Part shown: piece by piece, positions 38,011-50,280 of the stretch
Position numbering within the stretch: the stretch's first letter is position 1
Layout of the letters: every line of letters starts with the position of its first letter
Assembly (NCBI RefSeq): GCF_006345805.1
Contig: NC_043004.1
Coordinates: 69,874,001 to 69,938,000 of the forward strand
Direction of reading: 5' to 3'
DNA from: Octopus sinensis
Taxonomy: Eukaryota
Length of the DNA: 64,000 nucleotides
Notes under the pieces: generated by a model
Seen by the model: the letters and a program-made list of their open reading frames with translations, nothing else
The model's database searches: none
What the model was told of the DNA's origin: nothing
Translations under genes and position numbers: made by a program

Positions 38011-39180
38011 TGTTGGGTCATCCCATAAATAATGCAGTTTTTTTACACTTCTTTTATTTTTCAAAATTAAGATAAACAAAGTTCTTTTTTAATCTAAAAT
38101 ATACTCTCCTTTATTTTCTATAATGTTCTTCCATCTATCTGGTACACTTGCAAGGCCCTTTTTCCAAAATTCACTTGTCTGTGATGAAAAATACTCCTCC
38201 AGTACTGTTCTGACCTAATCCACAGAATTCATATTTTTTCCATCTAAATGATTTTGAAGACTGCAGAATAAATCATAATCAAATGGGGTTAATGCCTGGG
38301 ACATCATTTCCCATTCGAAAGTCATCCTCGCTGTATGTGGCCAAGCATTATCCTGATAGAAGAACACCTTTCTTCTTGAAACCAAAGATGGTCGTTTTTC
38401 TTTTAGTGCTGACTTAAGCCTTTTAAGCTGCTTGCTTTGTTTGGTTTGGGTTTAAAAGTTCAAAGTGGACTAAATCTTTCATATTCTACCAAACAGATAA
38501 CAACATGTTATGTAGGTAAAGACCTTCTTTAGCCTGGGGTGCTGGTGTTTTTCATTTCCCTACCCACTGTCTTTGGCGCTTAACATTTTTATAGAGAACC
38601 CATTTCTCATCACCAGTCGCTATTTGGTCCAAAATAAGTTCATTCGTGAGACATGACAGCAAAGAAGAGCACACATTCACTTTCTGTGCATGATTAGATT
38701 TAGAAAGTTAGTGAGGAACCCAATGACCCAATTTGCTGACTTTTCCAATGAAATGCAAGTGTTGAACGAATGGTTGAATGACCAAATCCAAGCTTCTCTG
38801 CTAGTTCTTTAACAGTTACGATGAGATTTTGTTCCACCAGGGTTTGCAGGATGTCATCGTTAAGCTCTACAGATTTTCCAGGATGAGACTCGTCCTTTAG
38901 GCTGTAGTTTTCCACTCGGAATTTCTGAGACAACCATTGACACTGACTTAAGCTTATTGTCTGATCCCCATATTCTGCATTACTGTTCCTCACACTTTCC
39001 ATTGTGTTGTTGCCTTTATTGAACTCATAAAGCAAAATATGCTGAACATGTTCCTTTGTCACTTCCATTATAGCTTCGAAAAAATAACTGTTAAAATCGA
39101 ACTGCACTCTTTAAAACTTGTACTAAGAATAAGGACAAAGTAAAATTTTACAAACAATGACTCTGAGCACCTTTTCAAAC
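38011..39180 (-). mobile_element. mariner transposon relic
   Basis: MEVTKEHVQHILLYEFNKGN...VKELAEKLGFGHSTI, WVPH-like region, ATGDEKWVLYKN. TIR-like TGTTGGGTCATCCCATAAATAATGC at 38011. Confidence 0.88.
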
Positions 39181-39189
39181 TCCACCCGT

Positions 39190-39520
39190 CTAACACCCGT
39201 GGACATGTTTACAAAGTCAGAAAACAGCACAGCTCCCATGACTTTCAGAAACATTTTTTGATGCTAAGAGTTGCTGAAGCATGGAACAGACTGCCAGCAT
39301 CAGTTGTTAGTTGTCAGAGCACTGCATCCTTCAAAACTTCCATGCTTCCTGAGATTCACCAACACCACACCTGATTTTCTCCCCTCCATACACACGCAAA
39401 CATGTATCTACTCATACACTGTTCGCTTTCCAAACATTTGTACATTACTGTACATACTTTATATGGACTTTTTGACAAGTTGTGGTGCACCTAAGCACTG
39501 TATACAATAATTTCATTATT
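39190..39520 (+). mobile_element. CR1-group LINE 3' end
   Basis: TRGHVYKVRKQHSSHDFQKHFLMLRVAEAWNRLPASVV, followed by a 3' UTR. Confidence 0.8.
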
Positions 39521-40028
39521 ATTATATTATAAAGAGGAGGAAGAAGATATAGTGGTGGTGGTGGTGGTGGTAGTGGTGATGAAGATGATGAATAATTTCT
39601 ACACAAAAAACAAAACAAAAAGAAGGCTAAACCCAAAGAGACTGGTGGTGGTTGCATTGGAAAAAATATTTATATGAAGGCAAAAGAATTGAATTCGGTA
39701 AAGTGTTGCAAAAAGAAATTTCTGGCATTTTGAACAAAATCTTTTTTCCCTTCAACTCAGAAAAAAGATTGGAATGTTCTTTGTGATGGAAACCTCGAAA
39801 TAAAGCAATTACCGATTCTCTATGACACTAATTCTTCCATATTTCAATGAGGGAACTCCAAGACAGATGTTTGTTCAGTTAGAAATAACAACCAAATCTT
39901 CCTCAAATCACATTGTATTGCAGTGGTTTCCTTACTGGACTCTGTGGATCCCTGTGGGTTCACAGAGTAAGTATTAGGAGGCCAAGATCTGTGTTCAAAA
40001 TTAAAAAAAAGATATATATATATATATA

Positions 40029-40325
40029 GTGACGTATATTTGCCATTTGAATATGGCTAACCCCTAAGGGTGGATGCTACTGTAGTTTGTAGCCCCAGGA
40101 GGACACCACCTCCAGCTGGCAATAGACACACTTTCTGTGTTCTATCAGTATTTGCAAAGGGAAGCCATCCTTCCCGTCTTCAACTTATGATACACACAGA
40201 CTCGAGTTTCAGAGCACAGAAAGTGTGTCTATAGCCAGCTGGAGGAGGTGTCCTCCTGGGGCTACAAACTACAGTAGCATTCACCCTTAGGGGTTAGCCA
40301 TATTCAAATGGCAAATATACGTCAC
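40029..40325. mobile_element. Fold-back MITE with ~115-bp TIRs
   Basis: GTGACGTATATTTGCC... arms differ at 4 positions; ~67-bp spacer. Confidence 0.9.
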
Positions 40326-40382
40326 GATGTGTTGCTGCTACTGTTTATAACTCGCTCTGAGATTTATCATTGTTATATATAT

Positions 40383-40415
<33 letters not shown>

Positions 40416-40427
40416 TATATATATCTG

Positions 40428-40494
40428 TAAATAATAATAATGGTATTTTTATATAAGCTTTAAGCTTATATAAAAATATCATTATTATTATTTA
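40428..40494. repeat. 67-bp AT-rich palindrome with a 1-nt spacer
   Basis: 33-bp arms with a single mismatch, centred on AAGCTT-T-AAGCTT. Confidence 0.92.
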
Positions 40495-41414
40495 TAGGAT
40501 TGTAAAAATGGTACCGTATAAAAAATCCACTGCACCGAAAGCATATATATATATATATACATACATACTTTTTATTAAAGCTGCAAATTTATCACAAAAC
40601 TGTCGGAGTACTATTCTTTTTGACGGGTCTCTTTTCAGTTTTCCGTTTTTCAAATCCACTCACAAAGCTTTCGTTGGCCTGGGACCACGTACGAAGCATT
40701 CTTCTTACGACGCAGCCACCCATGCATCTTTCGGTTGAAAGAGGAAGAGAAATTGTTATAGTTAATAAAATTGACTTGTTGAGTTGACAGGTTCTTGAAA
40801 AGCCTGGAGTCCGTGGGAAAATTCATTGAAATAAAGTGATTCTTCTAAGTAAAAAGGATGGCAACTGCTGCTCTATTATGTGAAAAAAACATTTCGATTC
40901 ATTACATAATGTAATTTTAGATAAACTGTGTTAAAGACAGAACAGATATGGATGGAATGTCTTTGATCCTGTAACTTTTTCAAGACTTATTCGTCTTCAA
41001 AATAATTGACGAAGTCTTTTCATAAAGAAATATATGGTTTGTAATAAGAGTTACCTCCCTCTATATAAGAGAGATAACTCCTGTAATGAAAGATTTGGAA
41101 AGAGAGAAAAGGTTCGGCTGCAACGAGCCGAATGTGGATACTCGACTTGCTAGAAATGACACTTAAATCTCCTTCAGATTACACACAATGATCTTCCAGA
41201 AGATAATAATGTTGTCCTAGATGCCAAAGGAAGACTTTTCTGGAAGAGTAACCAAGATATTTGTACTAACTTGATTTCTTATCCTTTTACTTCTCTATGT
41301 CACTGGTCTGCGGCCATGCTGGAGCATCACCTAGAAAAGGTTTTAGTGGATCAAATTAACTCCAATACCTTTTTTTTTTAAAGCCTGGTACATATTCTCG
41401 GTTAAACTAAAGCG

Positions 41415-41718
41415 TTTGATCCGGGCACAAAAACAAAAGAAAAATAGTGTAAAACAACTTGCTCTATACAAATATATATAAAAAAAAAAATGCGCTCTCG
41501 CCAAACTGAGGGTGGGGGAGAGGACTCGGAAAATTCAAATCGTCAGTCCATGGCCTTTAAACTATAGTGTTTGACCGGGGCCGGAAAAAAAAATAGTGTA
41601 ATAGGTGTGAAACTACTTACTCTATACGAATATGACAAAAAAAAAAAAAGAAAAAAATAGAATGCGCGCTCGCGAAAGGTGGGGGAGAGGACTCGGAAAA
41701 TTCACATCGTCAGTCCAT
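41415..41718. repeat. CpG-containing two-copy tandem duplication (~160-bp period)
   Basis: 41-nt block GGTGGGGGAGAGGACTCGGAAAATTCA(A/C)ATCGTCAGTCCAT at 41511 and 41678. Confidence 0.85.
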
Positions 41719-42685
41719 CTCTCGCTCATTTTTTTTTTTGTTGAACTGCTAAATCCCGAAAAACCAAACAACCCAACATTAGTTATCAAATGGTGAGAGA
41801 CAAAAACACAAATATTTCTGTATACGCACATGCACCCACTCACACATATACGACAAGCTCCCACACAATTTTTGTCTATAAAATTGCACACAGGGCCTTG
41901 GTTGGCCTGGGGTTACAGTAAAAGAAACCTACCCAAAGGTACAGCACAGTGGAGTTGAACCCTAAACCACATGGCTGCTAAACTAATTTCTTAACCATAC
42001 AGCCATGCCTGCTTCATGCAGTGTAACTAATTTGAAAATGGACCAACAGGGCCTACAAGAAATAGTAGCCAAAATCCTTTCAAATCCCACTAAGGCATCC
42101 AGCTGTAGAAAATCTACCTCAAAAAATTCCATCTGACTGATGAGGATGATACACACACACACACACACACACATTATATATACATATATTGTTGGAGACC
42201 CTGCAGGATGAAAAATAACACCTGTCAAAGGGCAGAAGATCTCATTAGCAGGCAATGGCCATCCAACAATATGTGTACATGTGTATGTATGCATATATGT
42301 ATGCGTGGGGACGTGGAAATACCTGGGTCAGTGTCCAGATGCACGGCTGACCCACTGGGAGGCCCCTCTGTTGTTGTCACAACATCTCTCTAGGAGAGGG
42401 AAACTCAGACAGAAAACCTGCGACACTGACAATATTTGATGATGTAAACTAGTTCTTCTTTAGAGTTTATTATGTTGTCTGCGTTCAGAGACTGGGGTTG
42501 GATTTGTGCAAATTCTTTTCCCACTATAAAAATTCATCATGCACAGGTGTCGCTTGAAAAAGATAAAAGAAGACCTATCACAAAAATGGCTGGTCGTAGT
42601 CTTCGCATGTGTGGGACTTTCGACCAGGTGATGGCAATACTTGAACATGAGTTTGCAGCCATCATTTATATATTATATACATTGC

Positions 42686-42716
<31 letters not shown>

Positions 42717-42807
42717 CATCATCATCATCGTTTAATGTCCGTTTTCCGCACTAGCACGGGTTAATAATAATAATAATAATGATAATAATGATAATAATAA
42801 TAATAAC

Positions 42808-43052
42808 TGTGCCCTTTTAAAGCCTAGCCAGGCTCAGGGGCCTGGTTTCCCGGTTTCTATGGCATATGTTTTCCCCAGCTGGATGGGATGCCAGTCCATC
42901 GCAGTGTTACTCATTTTTGCCAGCTGAATGGACTGGAGCAACATGAAATGAAGTGTTTCACTCAAGAACATAACGCGTCGCCCGGTCCAGGAATTGAAAC
43001 CACAATCTTACGATCATGGTGCTGACATCCTAACCACCAAGCCATGCATGTC
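42808..43052 (-). mobile_element. SINE family D
   Basis: Reverse-complement match to 35410-35652. Confidence 0.85.
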
Positions 43053-43098
43053 CACACACACACACACACACATACACACATACATACATATATATATG

Positions 43099-43622
<524 letters not shown>

Positions 43623-44287
43623 TATATATATATCCTTATATATATGTAAAATGTTGTTCATACTATCACACAATACATTCATTGATTTAACACAACCTTG
43701 ACTTTTAATATAATTACCATTCAGCTTTTCATGTGGCCTAACATGGACATAATGCACAACTGTTATCCACTCTTGTCACGTAACACTATCTGGCCTAATA
43801 CAGCTTATGAAAAGGTTAAGATTTTTCATGTTGTAAGTATTTTGGTATCTTTTATCATCATCATCATCATTAAATGTGATGAGTAAGACAGAAGTGCCTG
43901 AGTGAAGGTGAAACGTGCCCAGCCAACGCCAAAGAACAAAGACCAAATCTAGAAGTGGTAAAAACTGTTGTTGCTGTTAGTTAAAACTCTTAACCCTTTA
44001 GCATTCAGACTATTCTGTCAAATGTGATACTAATTTCACATTGTTTTGAATTTACCATAGGTGTGGCTGTGTGGTAAGAAGCTTGCTTCACAACCACATG
44101 GTTCCAGTTTCAGTCCCACTGCATGACACCATCTACTGTAGCCTCAGGCCAACCAAAGCCTTGTGCATGGATTTGGTAGACAGAAAATAAAAGAAGCCCA
44201 GCATAAAAGCGGACGTTAAACGATGATGATATATATATGTATATATATATATGTATGTATATATGTATGTATATATATATATGTATG

Positions 44288-44323
<36 letters not shown>

Positions 44324-44375
44324 ATATATATAATGTATATATATATATATGTATATATATATATGTATATATATA

Positions 44376-44414
<39 letters not shown>

Positions 44415-44442
44415 CTATATATTATATGATTTTGATTGATTT

Positions 44443-44745
44443 TGATTTTTCCAGTTTCAGCTAATGAGCTGTGGCCATGCTGGGGCACCGCCATTTGGTT
44501 TGCTACACGATTTTACCTCACGGATGCTTTTTAGCAAACGCCATCTGATGCATGAGAGAGTTCGATGCAGCTGCCCTCATCTGCACCTCCTGTCGTGAAG
44601 TTGGTTCATCCGGGACACCTGACAGGAAGAGATCCAGTCCTACTTTAAAGACATCCGCATCTACACCTTGCAGGTCTCTCAGGTTCTTCGGGAGGATATT
44701 GAAGAGCCGTGGGCCTCTGAAGCCCAGGCTATCACAATATCTTGT
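44443..44745 (-). mobile_element. CR1-group LINE 3' end whose UTR resembles the SINE A tail
   Basis: [46 protein letters not shown]...*, then GGCGGTGCCCCAGCATGGCCACAGCTC..GCTGAAAC. Confidence 0.85.
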
Positions 44746-44746
44746 G

Positions 44747-44780
<34 letters not shown>

Positions 44781-44812
44781 TAAGCGGACGCTAAACAATG
44801 ATGATGATGATA

Positions 44813-44880
<68 letters not shown>

Positions 44881-44881
44881 G

Positions 44882-44931
<50 letters not shown>

Positions 44932-44963
44932 CAAGCGGACGCTAAACGATGATGATGATGATG

Positions 44964-45032
<69 letters not shown>

Positions 45033-45136
45033 ATATATATATATATATGTTATATATATATATATATGTATATATATTAATATATATTATATATATATAT
45101 ATAATATGCGAGAAAGAAGCAACAAGAATGGATAGG

Positions 45137-45160
45137 TTTTTAGTACGATCGTTTCATACA
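45137..45160 (-). ncRNA. 3' half of a hammerhead motif, paralogue of 18085-18175
   Basis: UGUAU-GAAAC-GAUC-GUA-CUAAAAA. Flank AAGCAACAAGAATGGAT is shared with 18063-18079. Confidence 0.55.
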
Positions 45161-45267
45161 AGTTAGGTACCATATTCGTTGCATCTAAGTTAGGTACCAT
45201 ATTCAAGTAAATTTTTTTAAATTAACTTGAATCTTTATTGCTCTTTGTATATATATATATGTATATG

Positions 45268-46163
45268 GCTGTTATCCAATGGGCAGAAAAAAAACAATAT
45301 GCTGCTGAACGAGGATAAATTGAGCTAATCACTTTGGAAAGAGGACATGCCCTGAAACTCCATACTCCCTTCCTTCAGGTGAAACTCTCGCGGCGTCCAA
45401 CAACATCAGAGACTTGGGAGTAATTGTGGACAACAACGTAAGCTGGGCCACTCATATAAACACCAAAGTTGACATGGCCCGCAGAATGTGTTCCTGGATT
45501 CTCAGAACTTTCCAGTCGAGAGATATCCACACCATTATCCTTCTCTTCTCCACTTTTGCCCGACCCCACCTTGAATACTGTTGTCCACTGTGGTCTCCCC
45601 ACACAATACAAGGTATCATAAAAGTTGAAGCACCTCAAAGGGCAATCACAAAAAGAGATAGATGGCATGACAGGCCTCGACTATTGGGGTCGACTAGAAA
45701 AGCTAAAACTCTATTCTCTCCAACGTCGTCGTGAGCGCTACATCATCTGCATGATGTGGAAAATATTCCATCAGCATTGCCCAAATGATGTTGGCATCAC
45801 CTTTAAGGTACATCCAAGGCTTGGGCCCCGTGCCATCCGCCCAAAACAAAAATCGCACTCTCATCTCATAACAACAATACGGCACAATTATTTCACCTCA
45901 ATTGGCCCCGCTCTCTTTAACATTACACCAAAACACATTAAAACAGAAACTGACCCTATAGGGTTCAAGAAGTCTTTGGACAGATTCCTTCAAGAAATCC
46001 CGGATAAACCCCCTACACCCGGATATGTCTCTGTAAACAATAACTCTCTACTTGAGTGGGCCATAGTGCCCAAATTCTGACTTGAAAGACTTCACCAGGT
46101 GGTGTGCCTTAAGTTAGACATGGCCTGGGCCAATAATGGCCGAAACCTATCAAAGTATCAAAG
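45268..46163 (+). mobile_element. CR1-group LINE 3' ~900 bp, relatively young
   Basis: RDLGVIVDNN.SW..HI...RPHLEYCCPLWSPH...LEKLKLYSLQRRRERY...GPALFN...LDRFLQEIPD, with few frameshifts. (ATCAAAGT)2 tail. Confidence 0.92.
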
Positions 46164-46181
46164 TATATATATATATATGTG

Positions 46182-46267
<86 letters not shown>

Positions 46268-46350
46268 TGCACACATTTCAAAATGTAACCACATGTGAAT
46301 TGTTGGCGATTTCCTTCCTCCATCTTCCTTTTCTATTGGACTTTCCTCTC

Positions 46351-46383
46351 TTTCCGAAGAAGTGCTTTGCTCAAAACATTAAA
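46351..46383 (+). ncRNA. Decayed minimal hammerhead-like motif
   Basis: UUU-CCGAAGA-A-GUGC-UUU-GCUC-AAAAC-AUU-AAA. Same layout as 27261-27298; two CpG-type G>A changes. Confidence 0.45.
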
Positions 46384-46496
46384 CCACCTTTCTTTCCTTC
46401 CCCGAGTGTCTGCTAATACTTTACATGTACCACGTCCTCATGTTGTTGTTTTTTTTTTGTTCTTCGTTTATTTGGATTTACTATATATATATATAG

Positions 46497-46653
46497 TGCG
46501 GTAAGTAGCTTGCTTATGAACCAAATGGTTCTGGGTTCAATCCCACTGTGTGGCAACTTGGGCAAGTGTTTTCTACTATAGCCTTAGGCTGACCAAAGCC
46601 TTATGAGTGGATTTGATGGAAACTGAAAGAAGCCCATTGTATATATGTATATG

Positions 46654-46691
<38 letters not shown>

Positions 46692-46896
46692 CTATATGTT
46701 TGTGTGACTGGGTTTGTCCCCCCAACATCACTTGACAACCGATGCTGGTGTGTTTACATTCCCATAACTTAGCGGTTCAGCAAAAGGGACCGATAGAAGT
46801 GCTAGGCTTACAAAGAAAAAGTCCTGGGGCCGATTTGCTTGACTAAAGGTGTTGCTCCAGCATGGTCACAGTCACATGACTGAAACAAGTAAAAGA
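46497..46896 (+). mobile_element. SINE family A
   Basis: Direct match. Confidence 0.9.
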
Positions 46897-46992
46897 ATAA
46901 CTCAGAGCTTTGAGATTTTGAGAATGTGATTGCTTCTTTCTAGAAAGACATTGTAGGGTAGGAGTAAGAGGTAGGATTTGGCCAATTTCAAC

Positions 46993-47395
46993 ATAGAACA
47001 GGCTACTTTGCTCGTTATGAGATCAGCGGCCGAAGCTAAAAAGTTGTCGACAGAAATAATGATATTGTCCTTAATTCTTGACAAACATTACGTTGGATAT
47101 CACACACATCTCTAGCACGCAGGTATCCAGTACCGAAGAAGGGTAAAAACCTAGAAACCATGGTCTAATGCTCTTGTCAAGATAGAGGTGTGTGGTTCGC
47201 TCCCTTGCTCACAGTATATCAGACACAGGTTGTGTCTCGTTAACCAGCTGGAAAAGATGTTTGCCTGGGGTTAAACTGGAGTAACATAGTTCTGTATAGA
47301 ACAGCCACCTTATAGTGGCAAAAGATATTACTGTCTAGTATTGTTACTACTTATAACATCTCATCTAGAGATTATAGAACTAGCTACTTTGCTCA

Positions 47396-47397
<2 letters not shown>
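46993..47397 (+). mobile_element. ~380-bp unit with 24-bp terminal direct repeats containing a hammerhead-like motif (retrozyme-like)
   Basis: ATAGAAC(AG/TA)GCTACTTTGCTC(G/A)TT at 46993 and 47374. Motif at 47128-47170: CAGUA-CCGAAGA-AGGG-UAAAAA-CCUA-GAAAC-CAUG-GUC-UAAUG. Confidence 0.55.
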
Positions 47398-47445
<48 letters not shown>

Positions 47446-47823
47446 TCTTTTACTTGTTTCAGTCATTTGACTGCGGCCATGCTGGAGCACCACCTTTAAT
47501 CGAGCAACTCGAACCGGGACTTATTCTTTGTAAGCCCAGTACTTATTCTATCGGTCTCTTTTGTCAAACCGCTAAGTGACGGGGACATAAACACACCAGC
47601 ATCGGTTGTCAAGCAATGCTAGGGGGACAAACACACACACACACATATATATATATACATATATATGGTGGGCTTCTTTCAGTTTCCGTCTACCAAATCC
47701 ACTCACAAGGCTTTGGTCGGCCCGAGGCTATAATAGAAGACACTTGCCCAAGGTGCCACGCAGTGGGACTGAACCCGGAACCATGTGGTTGGTAAACAAG
47801 CTACTTACCACACAGCCACTCCT
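47446..47823 (-). mobile_element. SINE family A, full length
   Basis: Reverse-complement match. Confidence 0.92.
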
Positions 47824-47831
47824 GCTGTATA

Positions 47832-48666
47832 TCACTATATATAAAACTGAAATGCGTTTTTACCGCTTGGATCACTTTCAATGCCACTACATCCCGTCCG
47901 ATTCGCTCCAAAATTTACAGGGACATGTAGAATGAGGTGACCTATCTTAAAAGGTGTGGTTGCTAGGGGCCATCTTCCTCACTCACGCTATTTCCTCCAT
48001 TACCCTCTCACTTCCCTTCATTTATAAACTTGACAAGTCCACTACCGTTATTTAAAGTATCTGTCACTCTCGCTATTTCCTCTCTTTTTCACTCACTCTG
48101 TTTCCTACCTTCCCATCAGTTCGACGTTCTTTTATGTATCTGTCTGTCACCAACAACACATGAGCATGAGAACAAATATTATGAATCAGATATTCTTGCG
48201 TTCATTTATGTGTGTGTGTGTGTATGTTCTATATATAAATATGTATATATAATGTATGTGTGTGTGTTCTATATATAAATATGTATATATAATGTATGTG
48301 TGTGTTCTATATATAAATATGTATATATAATGTATGTGTGTGTGTATGTTCTATATATAAATATATATATATAATGTATATATACAAAGTGTATATATCT
48401 GTATTTATGTATATTAAACTTTTTCATACTTTTTCATAGTTATATATATTTTTAAACAAATTATAAATATAATTTAATAATTTTTATTTTCAATTTAAAT
48501 AATTTAAATTTTTCAATTTTATATTTTATATATTTTCTATATTATATTTTTTTTGGTTTTTGTTTTTGGTTTTTCACTGTTTGATTTGCCTATTAGCGGT
48601 TTTATCTCTAATTTAATTTATACAGATATATATCTCATTTGTATACATTTGCATATATAATGTGTG

Positions 48667-48700
<34 letters not shown>

Positions 48701-49886
48701 ATGTGTGCATTACGTAGTCGGTCGATTCAGCTGAAAATATGCACACATATGTTAAAAGTGCTGGCAAGTTTGCATGACAACTATTTTTTTCCTCAAATGA
48801 AAGGCGTCAATTCTAGGACAAAATTCCTCATCTTATAAAATGTGGCCCCAGTAGACCCGAATGAAATCGGGTTATATTAACCAAAATGTGAAAAGGGGTC
48901 TAAATGGGGCTGGAATGGGATTAAAATTTCAAGGAGCAGGTGTTTAGGAATTCTCTGTTACATCAAGCTAAAAAATTTGCGCCAGCCTTTTAATCGTCAA
49001 TGTGTTGTCGTCCATGATAAAGAAGTTTTGAATGCTTGCCATGGTGAGTCTACTGTCGTGAGAAAGAATCGCTTCAAAACTTGGTGTTTACGAATTTTCT
49101 TTTACATCAAGTTCAAAATTTTACGCCAGCCGTTAAACTGTCAATACGTTGCTGTCTGTCGTTAAGAAATGCCAGCCATGGTGACTCTACTATCCTCAGA
49201 TTCTATCCCTTCGAACTTTGGTTTCCAATATTTTATTATTTTTATTCAGCTCGCAAGTTCGTCTGTCCCTTTTAAATGTTAGCATTTTGCTGTCTGCCTT
49301 GAAGCAGACCTTTCCGTTGCCACTGCCTGATATTTATGATTGATCTTTCTAAATATTTTATTTCTCAACTTACTCAAGATCTTCTGTTGTTTATAAATGG
49401 GAGAGAGATAGATAAAGATAGAGAGTAAGAGAAAACGAGGGAGAGTCCGAAAGAAAAGAAAAGTAAGAGAGTGGGAAAGTGAGAGAGAAAGGAGTGAGAA
49501 ACAAAGACGGAGAATTATCATCATCGTTTAACGTCCGTTTTCCGTGCTAGCACGGGTTGGACAGTGTGACCGGGGTCTGGGAAGCCAGGAGGCTGCACCA
49601 GGCTCCAGTCTGATCTGGCAGTGTTTCTACAGGTGGATGACCTTCCTAACGCCAACCACTCTGTGAGTGTAGTTGGTGCTTTTTTCGTGCCGCCGGCACA
49701 GGTGCCAGGGAGGCTCGCTGCGGCAACGATCAGTTGGTGCTTTTTACGTGCCACCGGCACAGAAGCAAGTCAAGGCGACGCTGCAATCGGCCACGTTCGG
49801 ATGGTGCTTTTTACGGTCTGAAAGAAAGCAACAGAAAGTAACAACCACACTCTTACCTGCGCGTAGAGCGGGTCACCTTCAGCTAG
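47832..49886 (+). mobile_element. Long non-autonomous Helitron-like element with nested repeats
   Basis: A^TCACTATATATAAAACTG 5' end. 3' hairpin ACCTGC-GCGTAGA-GCGGGT followed by CTAG^T. Family C insertion at 49517-49815. That the two ends belong to one element is inferred. Confidence 0.6.
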
Positions 49887-50280
49887 TCTATATTATAACT
49901 CTGAAATACAAAAAAGTTTGTTTGTCTGGTTTTTGGCATTGAGAACGGGTTAAAGGCCACTAGATCCCGTTGGATTGACTCCAAAATTTACAGGGACATG
50001 TAAAATGAGGTGAGGATGCGAGTGGGTTAGGTTAGAAATCCTTATCTTAAAAGGTGTGGTTACTAGGGCCAAAAACGCACACTTTGGCAAGTCTACTCTC
50101 ATTCTTTTATCTGCCTGTCTTCCTCCATCTCTCCTCCCTTGCTTTCACTTTCTCTCTATAACGTCGTTTGATAGCGTCTACTATCTTTCCTCCGCTGCCT
50201 TCATTATTTTTACGCTTTTTAAACCCTTCATCGTTATTCTCATTCACTCATTATTACTTTCTCTCGCTATCTATATATAG
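49887..50280 (+). mobile_element. Related Helitron 5' portion fused head-to-tail to the previous element
   Basis: TCTATATTATAACTCTG start. Shares CTCCAAAATTTACAGGGACATGTA and TATCTTAAAAGGTGTGGTT with 47.9 kb. Confidence 0.65.
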
